The position numbers and the translations under genes are program-made. Shown in pieces: positions 53,101 to 64,000 of a stretch of 64,000 bases of DNA. Numbering within the stretch: position 1 is the first letter of the stretch; each line of letters opens with the position of its first letter. Source of the stretch: Callorhinchus milii (taxonomy: Eukaryota); the NCBI RefSeq assembly GCF_018977255.1, contig NW_024704742.1, forward strand, positions 310,001 through 374,000, read 5' to 3'. The notes beneath the pieces were generated by a model. It worked only from the letters and a program-made list of their open reading frames with translations, did no database searches and was not told where the DNA came from.

Positions 53101-56100
53101 ACATTTACGAAACATGAATACTAGGACGATAAGAGATCAACAGTAAGATCTAGAAAAAAGCTACAGTAGAGCCCTGTTATAATATACTTGGAGTACCTAA
53201 AATCTCAACCAGGTTTAGAGCGAAGTATGATTGCTAGACAGCCTTACACATCCACTACACTGGTCTGTGCACACAGAGCCACTGGCTTCCTGTATTAAAA
53301 ATGGCAACAACAACTTGCATTTATGCAGCACCCCTCACACAGGGTGTGGTCCTAGAGGCTGACTTACAGGTCAACAAGTTGCCGCAATGTCATTATTATC
53401 AATTATGGCCTGGGATTCGTGAGTTTTTGGTGCATGAGTAGTCGACTGGCTTTCTGCATGCATTTTGTATTTATGGTAAATTAATGTTGGGGTTCACATC
53501 CTAATTGCACTGTAGGGAACTGTGTCGTAATGACGAATATTAAAGTGGGGTTCCACTGTGTAGTCTAGTTAAATACCACAACACACAATATGTTAGGGTG
53601 TAAAGGAAAAGGAAAGCGCATTGTAAAGTAAGTCCTAGAGTCAAAAAAATAGATCAGCCAGTCATTTATCTCATTCCTGTTTTGTGGGATGTTGCTGCTG
53701 CATTGACTCCATAAGTCACTACATTTTGAAGCAAAGCTTTAGAGAAATCATGTCATGATGTAAAGGTCCAGCGCGTTTACCTCTTTGATTGTGTTGAACA
53801 TTTTATCGGTAACTGCATTTTTACTTTTCTCTAATTGCTACCTAATCGGCTTTTTGGGTATTTCTCTTAAATGTCACTAATTGTACTGTATTTGCTACAC
53901 TGGGCAATGAGCCAAAATTAACAGCTGACCTATTTGTCCAGAGTGTTATGAATTATATTTGGGTAAGTATTTTCTCAGAGACTCCACCATTACTGCATCA
54001 GTGCTGTCTAATGAGGTGAGGTTAGGTAGCAGATGCTGCCACTAAACATCTTGTTACTGCTTTGATTGGTAAGGGTGTTTGTCCAGTGATGAAGCACTCT
54101 GTTGATGGGGACATGTATCACTTTCTCCTCTGTGGCATTCATTTGATAAATGACAGTATTTTAACTATTTCCCCATAATTGTCACAGTGGTGATTTTCTT
54201 AATGGGAAACTGTGAATGTGAGCACTGCTGCTTCTCACTCTTCCCTTGATATGTCCTTCGAGCTTCATCTGTTTATCAAATAAAAAAGTACCTGCTCCCT
54301 CTCAAGGAGTGGATTGAAACTTTTACAGATACATAGGCTTTCTGAACATAAAAGTTCTAAAAAGTTACAAATCAAACAATCCAATCAAAAGCCCTCTGGT
54401 CAGTGCTTTCTGACTTTCTACCTCCTGATCCCCTTCCATTGGTCCTAGTTAATTGTTCTTTATTTTCGTAAAGGATTATCCAACATCTCGTGTTTTCTGA
54501 CGATCAACATGACTTTGGTTGGGTTGTAGATTCAGAAGAAGGGCTTGAAATAGCTAATTGCGTTTGGAAAAATATCTTAGTTGGAAAGGTGTAATAACCA
54601 AAAATGGTTTCTCCAAAGGGGCAACAGAGGTTGAAACTCCAGGAAGAAGCTGTCAGTGACCTTGGGCTGCACATTAGCAAATTGACTTGACTTGGTTCCA
54701 GTCTGATATTGAGTGATATTAGTTCTGACTGTGAAAACACAGTGTTCCCATCACCAACTGACAATCTGAAGACCTTTTCACTTCCATTCAAACTGTCAAC
54801 TTCAGCCAGAGCAATTGTCTCTTTCACCTCCGTCAATGCAACCATTAACTTTAGTTGAAATGGTGATTTTCGTGGTTTGGGAGGGGGTGAGGGTTGTATA
54901 ATAAATGTTTGGGAATGGAACACATTGCAGTGCAGTTTTGCTGTTCAGTATGGTTTGATCTCTGTAGTACATTATTTGAGACATTCAATTGATTTAATTG
55001 TGATGTTGTTAAATAAGTATTCAGACAATGCTGTGCGTCAGAAAATCTGTCTTGTTTCTTTTTGACATACTTAAAGCAATCCAAATGAGTTGGAAAGTAG
55101 GCTTGAATCCCTTGGTGGTTTATACTAATTTCAAATGCTGCCTGGGTTTACCCATTTTTAGACAAACTGGAGAAATGTCTCCTTTGTGTATTGTGGGGAA
55201 AAAAGTCTGTGAATATAATTGAAATTTAATTTGCATCGTGTAAAAACATTAGTATCAATGAACATTAAAATTCATGAGAACTTATAACTTTAGAAAGTAT
55301 TAAACCAAATGGTAACAAGTATCCAGAAGTTTTTGGGTGTTAATTGAAAATCCTAGCTTTAGAGATTGCGACTTCACACAACCCTTGTTATAAGCTCTGG
55401 TCTATACACCTTGTTATAGGATTGGTCTCACACCAATCTAGAATACAGAATTCTGATTCACATCGTTAGCAAGGTTTTCACAGTATTTGTTTTTCACAAT
55501 ATGATGTTTTTGGCGAAAAGCTGATCAATTCATTGTAGCTGGATTTCTGTTTGTTTTTGCCCTTTTCACGGAAGTTAATTCTCCCCTGCAACCACCTCAT
55601 CTAGATTCAGCCGTGGAATTTGGAAATGATGTGTGAGGGTTACTGCCGTTGTGGAATTGTATCTTAACAAGAGCTGGGATATTCAGGAAAGGAAAAGAGG
55701 AGAACATTTCAACTTGCTAAATTAACAAAAAAATAACTTTTCTCACTATTGTACAGAATGCTGAGTTCCATATGTTGAGAGAGAAATCCGTGTTGATTTT
55801 TATTGGCATGTGAGTGTATGTGGATGCTTTCTATTTAACTGTTTGGAGCAATCTGATAATTCATTTTCCTTCTTGTATTTTCTTTTGTGTGTAGAGACCA
55901 TCTGTGGATGGATTGCTTCGTGAAGGTCACATCAGCCTGTCTGGACTGCAGTTGCGAGCACATGCCATGTTCTCAGCAGAGGGGCTACCTTTAGGTTCTG
56001 CGACATTGGAATATGCGTGGCTGATTGATGTGCAGGCAGGCTTGCTTACAGCTAAAGTAACTTTGCCGCAGGTATTTTATCAAATCTCCAGAAAACTTGT

Positions 56101-59100
56101 GTTTATATGAAGGTATTTAAGCGCTGCCCCATGTGACGGGTATTGTAAACGCAAGTTGTTGTTGTTGTTGCTTATATTATAACATTCTGTGGATAATGTT
56201 CACAGTTTGGAATGTGCAGCACACATTTCTCACTCTTTTGCTCAATACTGCGTATGATATGAGTTTGTGATAAATTACTACACAACGAATTAAATGGGAC
56301 AACTGTAACCGTTTACATGCATAACCTTCCCTGTGAATGTGCCTTCACCCCAAACTTTGAGGAGCAATTGATTGGTACCGGTGTAAATAACTTCAGTTCA
56401 AACATCGTATTTTTTTCTGAGGTTAATTAGAAGTACATTTTATACAGTGGTTCCATTCTCACCTGGAACTCGGGTAAGACCCATTTTACCCCATTGGTCT
56501 GGACTGGACCACTCTTTGTTACCAAAGGTGGTGGTGCAAATAGACCTCGTACAATGTTCCAATAAGGCAGTAATTTATATTTTCAAGACCTTCGTGTTAT
56601 AATTTCATATTATGTTTTCTATCCAAAGAACCTTATTTTATAATCTAGTCTGCACCCTTCAACTGTTCTGTACAATACCTGTGATGGTTCCATCAGCTGT
56701 TTAGTACTGATAGGGACTGACAGGTTTTGCATCTGCACCATTGCTGAGTGAAGGTTGCGGAAATGTCATTAAAATGTAACATGGGAATACGTTTCAGGGA
56801 TGATCCTTATGGCTACAAAATGCTGCAGGCTGTTCCTGTTAATGAAGTACATTGAATGCTTAATCTTTAAATGTAAAATTTCAAGTAACTTTTTAAAACA
56901 AACACTGCAATAGTCTCTTCATAGTTTGTGGATATGCATTTTTATAACGGCTTTATTTTGTTAAACTTCTGTGAGTACTTATATTGAATGAAACTGTAAG
57001 TTTCACTGTACTGTATACATCAGTAGCAAACTGTGCAGTACTGTAACTGAGATCCTACTGCTCAAACCTGGAAGTGAGCAGTGATTCTAGGTTCCACATA
57101 GATTAATTTCATTGTATTTACACTTGTGGACTGGAAAAATCAAACCTTATGTAACAACCAATTGTGTTTCTTTAAAAAAAAACAAAATTATAAAGAGTCG
57201 AGAGACGTCAGACGGATTGTAAAGCTTACAGAACTGCTCAAAAACTGATTGAATTATGTACAATTAGGGCTCCTAGAAGTATTATACTAGAGTATCCTGC
57301 ATAATGGAAGATTAAAGTCAGCAGCAAAACAGGATTTAAAATCCATTTTTTTCGTGCTGATATTTAATCTTATTCTTGCAGACAAAAGGACATTTGAACC
57401 CCTTGATTGTTTAGTGATATAATTCACCCAGATGGACTATTAGGATTCAGTTTAGATTGCTGGTGTGTAAGGAGTTAACTGATCTCAGGTTGGGTGGGAT
57501 TAAATTTACTAGGATTAGGCGCCTACTTGGATGGTGAATGGTGTGACGATGGTGTTTTTGGTCAGTCGGGTATCTTGGAAACCCATCTCAATGTGGCGAG
57601 GTCTTCAAACCACATATATATGATTTTTTTTGGAGTGGTTTGGAGGTCATTCACTCTCTCCTGAGTCACACACCATGTTTACTAAAGGGTTTGAGCGCAA
57701 GTTGACAAACTCAGGTTTGGGGTCCAGAAAATGCGCATTGGAGTTCTGCTGACCTGTCTGGCTCAGGAACCGGATTACTGAGCCTCTGCCACAGAGGATC
57801 CACTGAATTTCGATCTTCCATTGCCAGGCATGTCACCTTAGAGCCAATTCACCCCAAAAAGACCCCATTTACCTTTCCTCTTTTAGAACGATAACTGGAG
57901 ATGGTGGACATCTAAGAAAGTAAGAGATTTTCGATCCAATTCTTTCAGGCATATTTGTTCTTCATAAATTCATAATTCATTCATATTCTTTTCATAATTA
58001 AAACGTTAATTTTTTGGTTGAATTTTAGAAAGGAGCCACTGAGAACAAAATTTGAGGTTTAAAGAAGCAGATTGTTATTAATTTACATTTTAAAATGGAC
58101 ATTTTTGCTTATCTGATCTGTTAATGAAAATTGACATGCAACAGCAGGCTGCTTGGCCTTAACTCACCTAGCTTTTGTGATGTATAATCTGTCACAAACA
58201 ATTTTACTTATCAGGTTTCAAGTGGAGTGTAGCTGATTACTGAACGCAGTTGGTGTACCACAATTTACATCGATCATAGGTGGTCTCTCGTGATTAATTG
58301 CTAGAATTTGTCATTTTTCTTTTTATTAAATAACAGCGGGTTGCAGTCAGCAGGGATTGCTGGAGCCCTGCTCCTTCTGGACTCATCTGAAGAAAGCGAC
58401 TGTAGTTTGTGTGCTTGGAAAATGTCCCTGTGTATGACAGCGTGTTACTGCATCTCGCCAGTGCTGTCAATTCATAAATAATGATTTTTAAAATTTCACA
58501 AGATGCATGCTAGGTGCAATTGCACTTTCATTTTGGTTGTTGCCTCCTGCCGTGAAAAAGAGGTCCTGAAGAGGAACAGGAAAGCAAGGTCACAGATTAA
58601 CGGCACATCTCTGCTCCTTTCGCAATTGCTGACTCATGCTGACTTTGACCATTTTCCCTCTTACACACATCCTTCACTTCTTTTTGGCACTTAGTGTTTC
58701 TTGCCCTCCTCATCTTGTTCTCATTCTGGCCCACTCCACATCCTTTTCCTGAAATTGCTTCTCACTCACTCCTGCCCTTTCCCTCTCTCCCTTCTCTCAT
58801 CCTCTGCTTAGCTCAGATGCGTCATTACTTGCCAGGCGTTTTCTCAGACCAGTCACTGGGACGGAATAATCCCACCCAGTTCCTGTTCCTGCAAGCCAAA
58901 GGCCTCACAGCTAGGGTGGTCCTAGTTGGACAAGCAGCGGGAAAGCTTGCCAGTCAGCAACATCAATGGCAAGCTATGTGGTTTGAGCCGGTTAGACTCC
59001 AGCAGTTACTCCAACACACACTCTTGGGGATTCCAAGCCTTGGCTCTTGCCAACTTGCGCCTAATACTTTCCAGCATTGTTGTTAACAATTGTTAACCAC

Positions 59101-62100
59101 GCTGTGGCTCACTCAGAACCTGCTCACTTGAACCTATTGTTAGCAAAGTAGATGAACGTGTGCAAACTTTGTACCTGAGTTGAGCCTTTATTTCATTGTT
59201 AGTCAAAGATAGTGAAATGCAGGCTGTAGCAATGACGAGCAGACCTGAGGCAAACCAAATTCTTGTATTGTTAACAGGTAAATTCCTAGTGCAGTACTGT
59301 CTCAGAGTACATCTGAAAGTGTGAATGACTTTCTGTAAATTTGTGTTTACTCAAATGATCCCTTTGAACATGTAAATTTGGCAGAGCACAAGTAGCGCTG
59401 TCAGTAGGAAGCAAATATTACACTGATATATTAACATTTTGTACTTTACCAATGAAATATAGAGTGACAGGAAAGGCCGTCTTTTTTTTCTGTTCTCGTC
59501 TAATGTTCCTGTTGTACCCACCCGACGTGTACACCAACAAAACTGATGATGTTTTGATCACCTACAGTTGGGAACCTTGCTGGAGTGGGGCCAGACATTC
59601 GTGTTTCATGTAATGTGCCAAGAATTTGAGTTGGAGAGGCCCAAGTCTGTGGTATTGTGTCAGCATGGGGTTGATCAGCGTTTCTGTGAATCCAAGGTAA
59701 GAAAACTAATTTTAATAATAATAATCCTTGGATATGATGTAGCACGTTAGCAGGTTGTTAAGGCCTCTCAAAGCGCTTCATAGAATATGCTGTAAAGTGA
59801 ATGGGCGAAACGTGGCAGCCAATTGCGCACAGCGTGGAAATTACCTAGCTGGCAATTGAAACAACAATAGTAAATTAAGTGTATTGAAGTGTAGTTGCTA
59901 TCTTTTGGTTAAAAAGTTTAACCGAGGTCATGCCCACCTCTTCAGATGAACCATTAAGAATCCATGATCTTAATGGTCATGATCACTGTTTGAAAAGAGA
60001 AGGAGTTTCTCGCTTCTCACAGTGCCAGACTCATCGAACCACTGCGCAGTCTAGGCATCCGGTTCAACCCCCCCTGTTCTTCCTCCCCCACATCCGGTCC
60101 CTGATCAGAACTGCCTTCTTCCACCTCCGCCACATTGCCCATTTCTTACCGTACCTTACCTCAAATACAGCTGAATCGCTCGTGGATGCATTTGTCACCT
60201 CACACCTGGATTACTCCAATGCACTCCTCGCCGGTCTCCCCAGCTCCACCATTCACACAATCAGCTCATTCAGACTCTGCCGCTCACATACTGACCCCGA
60301 CCAAACTCCGTCCCCACATCTCACCAGCTCTGGCCCAGGCTCCACTGGCTCCTCCTCACCAACACATCGACTTCAAGATCCTCTCACTCTCGTGTTCAAA
60401 CCCCTTCACTCCCTGGTACCTCCCTCCTTTCCCAGCCTCCTCGCTCCCCAATCCACCACCCGGTGCCTCGGCTCGACTGGCACCGGCTCCTGCTTGTCCC
60501 TCGCCCCCTCCGCCCCACCATCAGAGGTCGTGCTTTCAGCCATTTCACCCTGAAACTGTGGAACACTCTCCCTCAATCCCTCTGCCTTGCCACCTCCCTC
60601 CATCCAGCTCAGAGTCAGACTCAGCCACTGTTAAGCTGTCTGAGATGCTGCCCTGCGTGGAGGGTACTATATAAGTGCAAATTGTTGTTTTCCAGTAATC
60701 CCTCAGATAAATCGATCATTCATGGCATAGCTGTTATAGGACCAAATAGTTCTGTGTTTGCCTTCAAAATAGTGGTCACTGCACTTGGTGGTAATTACCT
60801 CTATTCCAACGCGATAAGGCGCTATTATTTTGTTTCTTCAGTTCTTGTTTTTTCTGTTCATCACCTGAATATGGATAAAGTTGTCCTGTGAGGAGAGGTT
60901 ACTAATCTAATCTTTAATAATTATTCGTCAGTATGTGAAATGTGATGATGTAATGCTGGTATACTTGTGCCTTCAATGAAATGTGTGGATTTTGTTGGCA
61001 GGTGGGGTGGTGGTGGGGGAGGGTAGAATCAGATATTCTTATTGCTTTCCTTTCTCCCCCTCTCCCTAACCCATCCTGACATCTCCCTTTCTGCCATTTA
61101 AATCCCATGAGTTTGAGTGGGCTGGAGATTGCACCTTGACATTTTCAATGCTGCTATATAAAAAAGCTGTAAGGAAGTGTGTGAAAATTGCCTAATTTTG
61201 GACGTTGGCCTGACACGAAAGGTGCTATATATCAATGTAAATATGTTGTTATTCCTCATGGGCTTTGAGCCTCTTTGTAGCAGTATTGCTACTCCTCTTT
61301 GTGGAGTCCTGTAGCTGTGGAGTCCTGTAGCTCAGTGGTTAGAGCACTCGCTTTGCAAGTGAGAGACCTGAGTTCATTTCCAGGCAGGGCGAAACCTTGG
61401 GCAAGTTTCCTTACTCCACACGCCTAATAATAATCCTCCAAATAAAAAAAAAACAATAATAAATTGGTCATTTTCAATCTACGACTGTTTGTGGGACATT
61501 GCTGTGCGCAATTGGCTGCCGCGTTCGCCCACAAATATACAGTCAATTCACTTTACAGTGTGTTCTGTGAAGCGCTTTGGGACGTCCTCCTGACGTGAAA
61601 AGCGCTATATCAAATGCAAGGATTATTATTATTATTATTATTATTGCTGATATCTGAAAGTTAGCATGTGGCAAACACCAATTTTTTTCAGTTTTGTTCC
61701 ATTAATTCATCCTTGGGTAAACCCAAATGTGCTTAATATAATCTAAACATGTCTGCATTGTTACAGCATTCATTCAAAAATATATTCAAGTAATTTTATA
61801 AAGAATGTTTTCAAAATGTGATTCTCAGAAACTAATGTCTTACCATCCTTACAGTGAGTTGTACTGGATCAAAAATAACTGGGTAAATAACTGGATTAAC
61901 TTTCAACTGACTCAAACCCCACCCTTGTTTCATTAGATTTTAGTGTTGGATCTCTTTAGCAGCAACCTGGGTTGGTTCACGCGGAGGAAATCTCACTGGT
62001 GACTTACCTCAAATCAAGTCACTCACTTCAGCATTGGCACATTTGTACAATAAAGTGATATTTCAGGAGAGTTTGTAATTGACGCAATTCTGCAGGGACT

Positions 62101-63848
62101 CTACCTAAACGCTTATAGACGGTTCCACTATTAATAGATCTATGAATCACTAAGGTTAATTGACAATTATTAAGAACTCTCTAGGCACATTGAGCTTTGC
62201 CTGTATTAAACATTGAGCAGTGCGTCCAGCTGCAATAGCACTGTTTCGACTGTGGAATTGAGCAGTTTATCTTTAAATATAATCAGCCAAAGAATTTTTG
62301 TGGCACTGATATTTCTATTATGGGAAAGCTTTCTCCAGCTTCCTTCTCCTTTTCAAAGTTTCTCTTCAATTTAGTGCAAAGTTTTCCCCCCCTCCCCAGC
62401 CCCCAAAATTGTTTGAAATAAATAGTTTGTTGAAAGGTTTTTAAAAACTAATTTTCATCATAGTAAAAGCAATGACAAAGGTGGGAAAAAAAATGGGTAA
62501 AAGATCCTTCGAATTTGAGAGAAGTTTGTTTTTCTGGGTGACCTAAACCAAGAATTCTTTAGTTTAAATTGATGTTATTAGAACTTTTCTGATGCAAATT
62601 CTACATTTGCTCCAAAAAGAGTCACTTCGCTTGACACTTTTAAACATCTTGATGTGATAACGTGCTATGAAACTAATGATTTGGTCACTCAATACGACTG
62701 TGTGGAACATTAAAGTGCACAATTGGCTGATGCGTTTTGCCCACAAAATAATAATAAATAATAATCCTTGCATTTGATATAGCGCTCTTCACGTCGGGAG
62801 GACGTCCCAAAGCGCTTCACAGACCACACTGTAAAGTGAATTGACTGTATATTTGTGGGCGAACGCGGCAGCCAATTGCGCACAGCAATGTCCCACAAAC
62901 AGTCGTAGATTGAAAATGACCAATTTATTATTGTTTTTGGTTTTGGAGGATTATTATTAGGCTCTGTGTGGAGTAAGGAAACTTGCCCGAGGTTTCGCTC
63001 TGACCTGCCTGGAATTGAACTCAGGTCTCTCACTTGCAAAGCGAGTGCTCTAACCACTGAGCTACAGGACTCCCAATATACAGTCAATTCACTTTAAGTA
63101 TATTCTGTGGTGCTTTGACACATCTTGAAGATGTGATAAGGCACTATATATATAGTTATATCAAAAGCAAGGATTATTATTATAAAAGGGAAAGTTATCT
63201 TTACATTGTCTCTCCTGCTGAACCAATTTATCTCTATCTCTCTCGTCAATTCCTTGTGTTGGTTCCAGCATCAGTTTTGAGGGCACAGAGAACTCCAAAC
63301 TACTGTTCTTCACCACAAAGTACCTTTCCTGCCTCCTCACCTAATTCAAAATTTGAGGAGCTTATGAACTTCTTTTGAACCTCATAAATCCACAAAGATC
63401 ATCTATGATGCATATTTCTTTTTCAAACCAAGTTTTAAAAGTTTGGAAGGCATTCACCATTGCACAGGGTGACCAAAAAAATTGTGATATCTTTACAATG
63501 TCTAATAACTTAAAGAAATTATGATCTTTTGTTTGTTTTTAGATGAGAGGGTAGTTATGACTTGTTGGTCATCCTGTAGTTAAAACCATGTGGAATCTTC
63601 ACCGATCTAACCAGATATAATTAATTTTACATTTAACAGAATAATAGGGATTTTTAATTTCTGTCCAAACACAGATTTGTGGTGTTTCACCAATGCCTTT
63701 ATTTCTGTTTTCCTTTTGTTATTTTTAGCTTAAAAGTGTCAGTGGACCATGCCAACGGTCAGATGATGTGAAATATACTATGACTCGGCTAGCAGTTGAT
63801 GGAACGGATCTCTTCATTGTTGAGCATGGTTGTGCAGCCAATGTTAAG
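14574..63848 (+). CDS. BLTP1: BLTP1/KIAA1109-family bridge-like lipid transfer protein, N-terminal 1012 codons in 23 exons (3'-incomplete)
   Basis: Manual splicing at GT-AG sites gives one open frame ([52 protein letters not shown]...EHGCAANVK). It is colinear with human KIAA1109/BLTP1 as I recall it, and all intron phases are consistent. Confidence 0.95.
15787..16013 (+). mobile_element. Possible Tx1/L1-type LINE 3' end
   Basis: CpG-containing segment, T-rich 3'UTR-like tract, AATAAA at 15991-15996 and A8 tail. Confidence 0.4.
16982..17098 (+). CDS. BLTP1: BLTP1 coding exon 2 (N-terminal TM region)
   Basis: ttttacag|; [39 protein letters not shown]; |gtacgt. Confidence 0.95.
17212..17534 (-). 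mobile_element. tRNA-derived SINE, young subfamily
   Basis: Near-identical copy. Confidence 0.93.
17965..18043 (+). CDS. BLTP1: BLTP1 coding exon 3
   Basis: ccacag|; [26 protein letters not shown]; |gtaaga. Confidence 0.95.
19009..19073 (+). CDS. BLTP1: BLTP1 coding exon 4
   Basis: ttctag|; [22 protein letters not shown]; |gtaagt. Confidence 0.95.
20683..21500 (+). mobile_element. DeuSINE-type element split by later insertions (20683-20912, resumes about 21393)
   Basis: Head and Deu motifs up to GTCCTGGCCAAC; the 3' part resumes at CATGGCTG...GGGACATTGCTGTG. Confidence 0.7.
20914..21241 (-). mobile_element. tRNA-derived SINE, young subfamily, nested in a DeuSINE
   Basis: Near-identical copy interrupting an older element. 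Confidence 0.92.
22559..22742 (+). CDS. BLTP1: BLTP1 coding exon 5
   Basis: tttttag|; [22 protein letters not shown]...SNLE; |gtatgg. Confidence 0.9.
23221..23563 (-). mobile_element. Older long-form SINE (CORE-like body)
   Basis: Reverse complement of the 39521-type element. Confidence 0.85.
24580..24964 (-). mobile_element. DeuSINE-type element
   Basis: Reverse-complement Deu-domain and head. Confidence 0.75.
25583..25658 (+). CDS. BLTP1: BLTP1 coding exon 6
   Basis: ttcacag|; [25 protein letters not shown]; |gtaagt. An in-frame alternative acceptor lies 24 nt upstream. Confidence 0.88.
25871..26163 (+). mobile_element. DeuSINE-type element (5'-truncated)
   Basis: CAGATGAGACATTAAACCGAGGTCCC...TAAAGATCCCGTGGCACT. 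Confidence 0.8.
26623..26816 (+). CDS. BLTP1: BLTP1 coding exon 7
   Basis: cactag|; [35 protein letters not shown]...QND; |gtatgc. Confidence 0.95.
27935..29070 (-). mobile_element. L2-clade LINE 3' fragment (frameshifted RT)
   Basis: [22 protein letters not shown] (YADD region), [21 protein letters not shown]; (TTG)n tail. Confidence 0.9.
30440..30519 (+). CDS. BLTP1: BLTP1 coding exon 8
   Basis: ttccag|; [27 protein letters not shown]; |gtatgt. Confidence 0.95.
30784..30874 (+). pseudogene. Partial tandem duplicate of BLTP1 coding exon 8 with its acceptor
   Basis: 29-nt acceptor identical to 30411-30439, followed by a diverged copy of about 63 nt of the exon with a 1-nt deletion. Confidence 0.9.
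31532..31682 (+). CDS. BLTP1: BLTP1 coding exon 9
   Basis: ttttcag|; GIVPEETEE...[27 protein letters not shown]; |gtaata. Confidence 0.95.
35306..35462 (+). CDS. BLTP1: BLTP1 coding exon 10
   Basis: tcgcag|; [14 protein letters not shown]...DLLFTKNR; |gtaaag. Confidence 0.95.
36239..36317 (+). CDS. BLTP1: BLTP1 coding exon 11
   Basis: ttttag|; [26 protein letters not shown]; |gtgaga. Confidence 0.95.
36950..37372 (+). mobile_element. DeuSINE-type element
   Basis: GGATGAGATGTTAAGCC...CACTATTCGAAAAGAG...CTGGCCAAC. Confidence 0.7.
38141..38232 (+). CDS. BLTP1: BLTP1 coding exon 12
   Basis: cggcag|; [31 protein letters not shown]; |gtaagt. Confidence 0.95.
39521..39895 (+). mobile_element. 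Older long-form SINE (CORE-like body), full length
   Basis: B box GGTTCGATTCC; body resembles the MIR CORE motif CCTTGGGCAAGT...GCCTCAGTTT...GTAA. Confidence 0.85.
40035..40152 (+). CDS. BLTP1: BLTP1 coding exon 13
   Basis: ctacag|; [39 protein letters not shown]; |gtacgt. Confidence 0.95.
40581..40736 (+). CDS. BLTP1: BLTP1 coding exon 14
   Basis: ttccaag|; [20 protein letters not shown]...CSTKQQEN; |gtaaga. Confidence 0.95.
41060..41111. repeat. (TAA)n microsatellite from a 5'-truncated SINE tail
   Basis: Long TAA run followed by CCTTGCATTTGATATAGCGCTTTTCAC. Confidence 0.9.
42192..42510 (-). mobile_element. tRNA-derived SINE, young subfamily
   Basis: Near-identical copy. Confidence 0.92.
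42610..43450 (-). mobile_element. L2-clade LINE fragment
   Basis: Homologous to the 44430 and 27935 copies. Confidence 0.8.
43490..43650 (-). mobile_element. CR1 LINE fragment
   Basis: Reverse strand encodes the EYCVQF motif of the CR1 ORF2 C-terminus. CR1-type tails also at about 22168, 47761 and 52890. Confidence 0.6.
44430..45800 (-). mobile_element. L2-clade LINE 3' fragment (decayed RT)
   Basis: [77 protein letters not shown]; (TTG)n tail. Confidence 0.92.
45964..46061 (+). CDS. BLTP1: BLTP1 coding exon 15
   Basis: ttgcag|; [33 protein letters not shown]; |gtatgc. Confidence 0.95.
46395..46748 (+). mobile_element. DeuSINE-type element
   Basis: AGACATTAAACCGAGGTCCCATCTGCC motif and tail. 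Confidence 0.75.
47300..47481 (+). CDS. BLTP1: BLTP1 coding exon 16
   Basis: tcccag|; [16 protein letters not shown]...[10 protein letters not shown]; |gtaagt. Confidence 0.92.
48562..48668 (+). CDS. BLTP1: BLTP1 coding exon 17
   Basis: atttag|; [35 protein letters not shown]; |gtaaga. Confidence 0.93.
49290..49627 (+). mobile_element. Older long-form SINE (CORE-like body)
   Basis: Head GGAGTCCTGTAGCTCAGTGG plus the long body. Further decayed copies at about 1939-2208(+), 27592-27870(-), 50190-50460(+), and many tail-only fragments. Confidence 0.85.
49731..49936 (+). CDS. BLTP1: BLTP1 coding exon 18
   Basis: ttttaaaag|; ...[35 protein letters not shown]...LSIK; |gtacag. Confidence 0.9.
50813..51043 (+). 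CDS. BLTP1: BLTP1 coding exon 19
   Basis: ttcaaag|; [15 protein letters not shown]...[25 protein letters not shown]; |gtaagt. Confidence 0.95.
52064..52201 (+). CDS. BLTP1: BLTP1 coding exon 20
   Basis: ttgcag|; [24 protein letters not shown]...VSDNYP; |gtaaga. Confidence 0.94.
55895..56071 (+). CDS. BLTP1: BLTP1 coding exon 21
   Basis: gtgtag|; [35 protein letters not shown]...VTLPQ; |gtattt. Confidence 0.95.
59568..59696 (+). CDS. BLTP1: BLTP1 coding exon 22
   Basis: ctacag|; [43 protein letters not shown]; |gtaaga. Confidence 0.95.
60040..60690 (+). mobile_element. L2-clade LINE 3' fragment
   Basis: [18 protein letters not shown]...[23 protein letters not shown]...LWNTLP. Confidence 0.88.
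61319..61644 (+). mobile_element. tRNA-derived SINE, young subfamily
   Basis: Near-identical copy with a duplicated 5' end. Confidence 0.93.
62748..63073 (-). mobile_element. tRNA-derived SINE, young subfamily, nested in an older SINE
   Basis: Near-identical copy. Confidence 0.93.
63729..63848 (+). CDS. BLTP1: BLTP1 coding exon 23
   Basis: ttttag|; [40 protein letters not shown]; |gtaatt. Confidence 0.94.
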
Positions 63849-64000
63849 GTAATTGCTATTAATTAAATTGTCGTTTTTATTGCCAGAAAACAGATGCAGA
63901 AAATTATGGTGTTAGTGATGCACAGTGAGTTAAACGTCTATAAAGCCAGATTACAAAAAGATTTAATGTGCTTCGACCTACTGCTTCGTGGAACCCGAGC

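Overview
Vertebrate (eukaryotic) genomic DNA. The repeats (DeuSINE, tRNA/CORE-type SINE, L2 and CR1 fragments) and compact introns suggest a cartilaginous fish, possibly a chimaera; this is an inference. The window holds the 5' part of a BLTP1/KIAA1109 (bridge-like lipid transfer protein) gene on the + strand. It has a GC-rich promoter and putative non-coding exon 1 (about 360-830), then 23 phase-consistent GT-AG coding exons from the ATG at 14574 to 63848 (3036 nt, 1012 codons); the gene continues past the window. Introns are full of SINEs and LINE remnants, and most ORFs in the supplied track are repeat or antisense artefacts. The most notable observations are: an array of six E-boxes in the promoter; a split uORF plus a candidate 17-nt 5'UTR microexon; a tandem partial duplicate of coding exon 8 with an intact acceptor; a young SINE subfamily whose tail stem-loop matches the local L2 tail; several intronic hairpins; and an unclassified, apparently coding-derived repeat. 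No prokaryote-type system (CRISPR etc.) is present.
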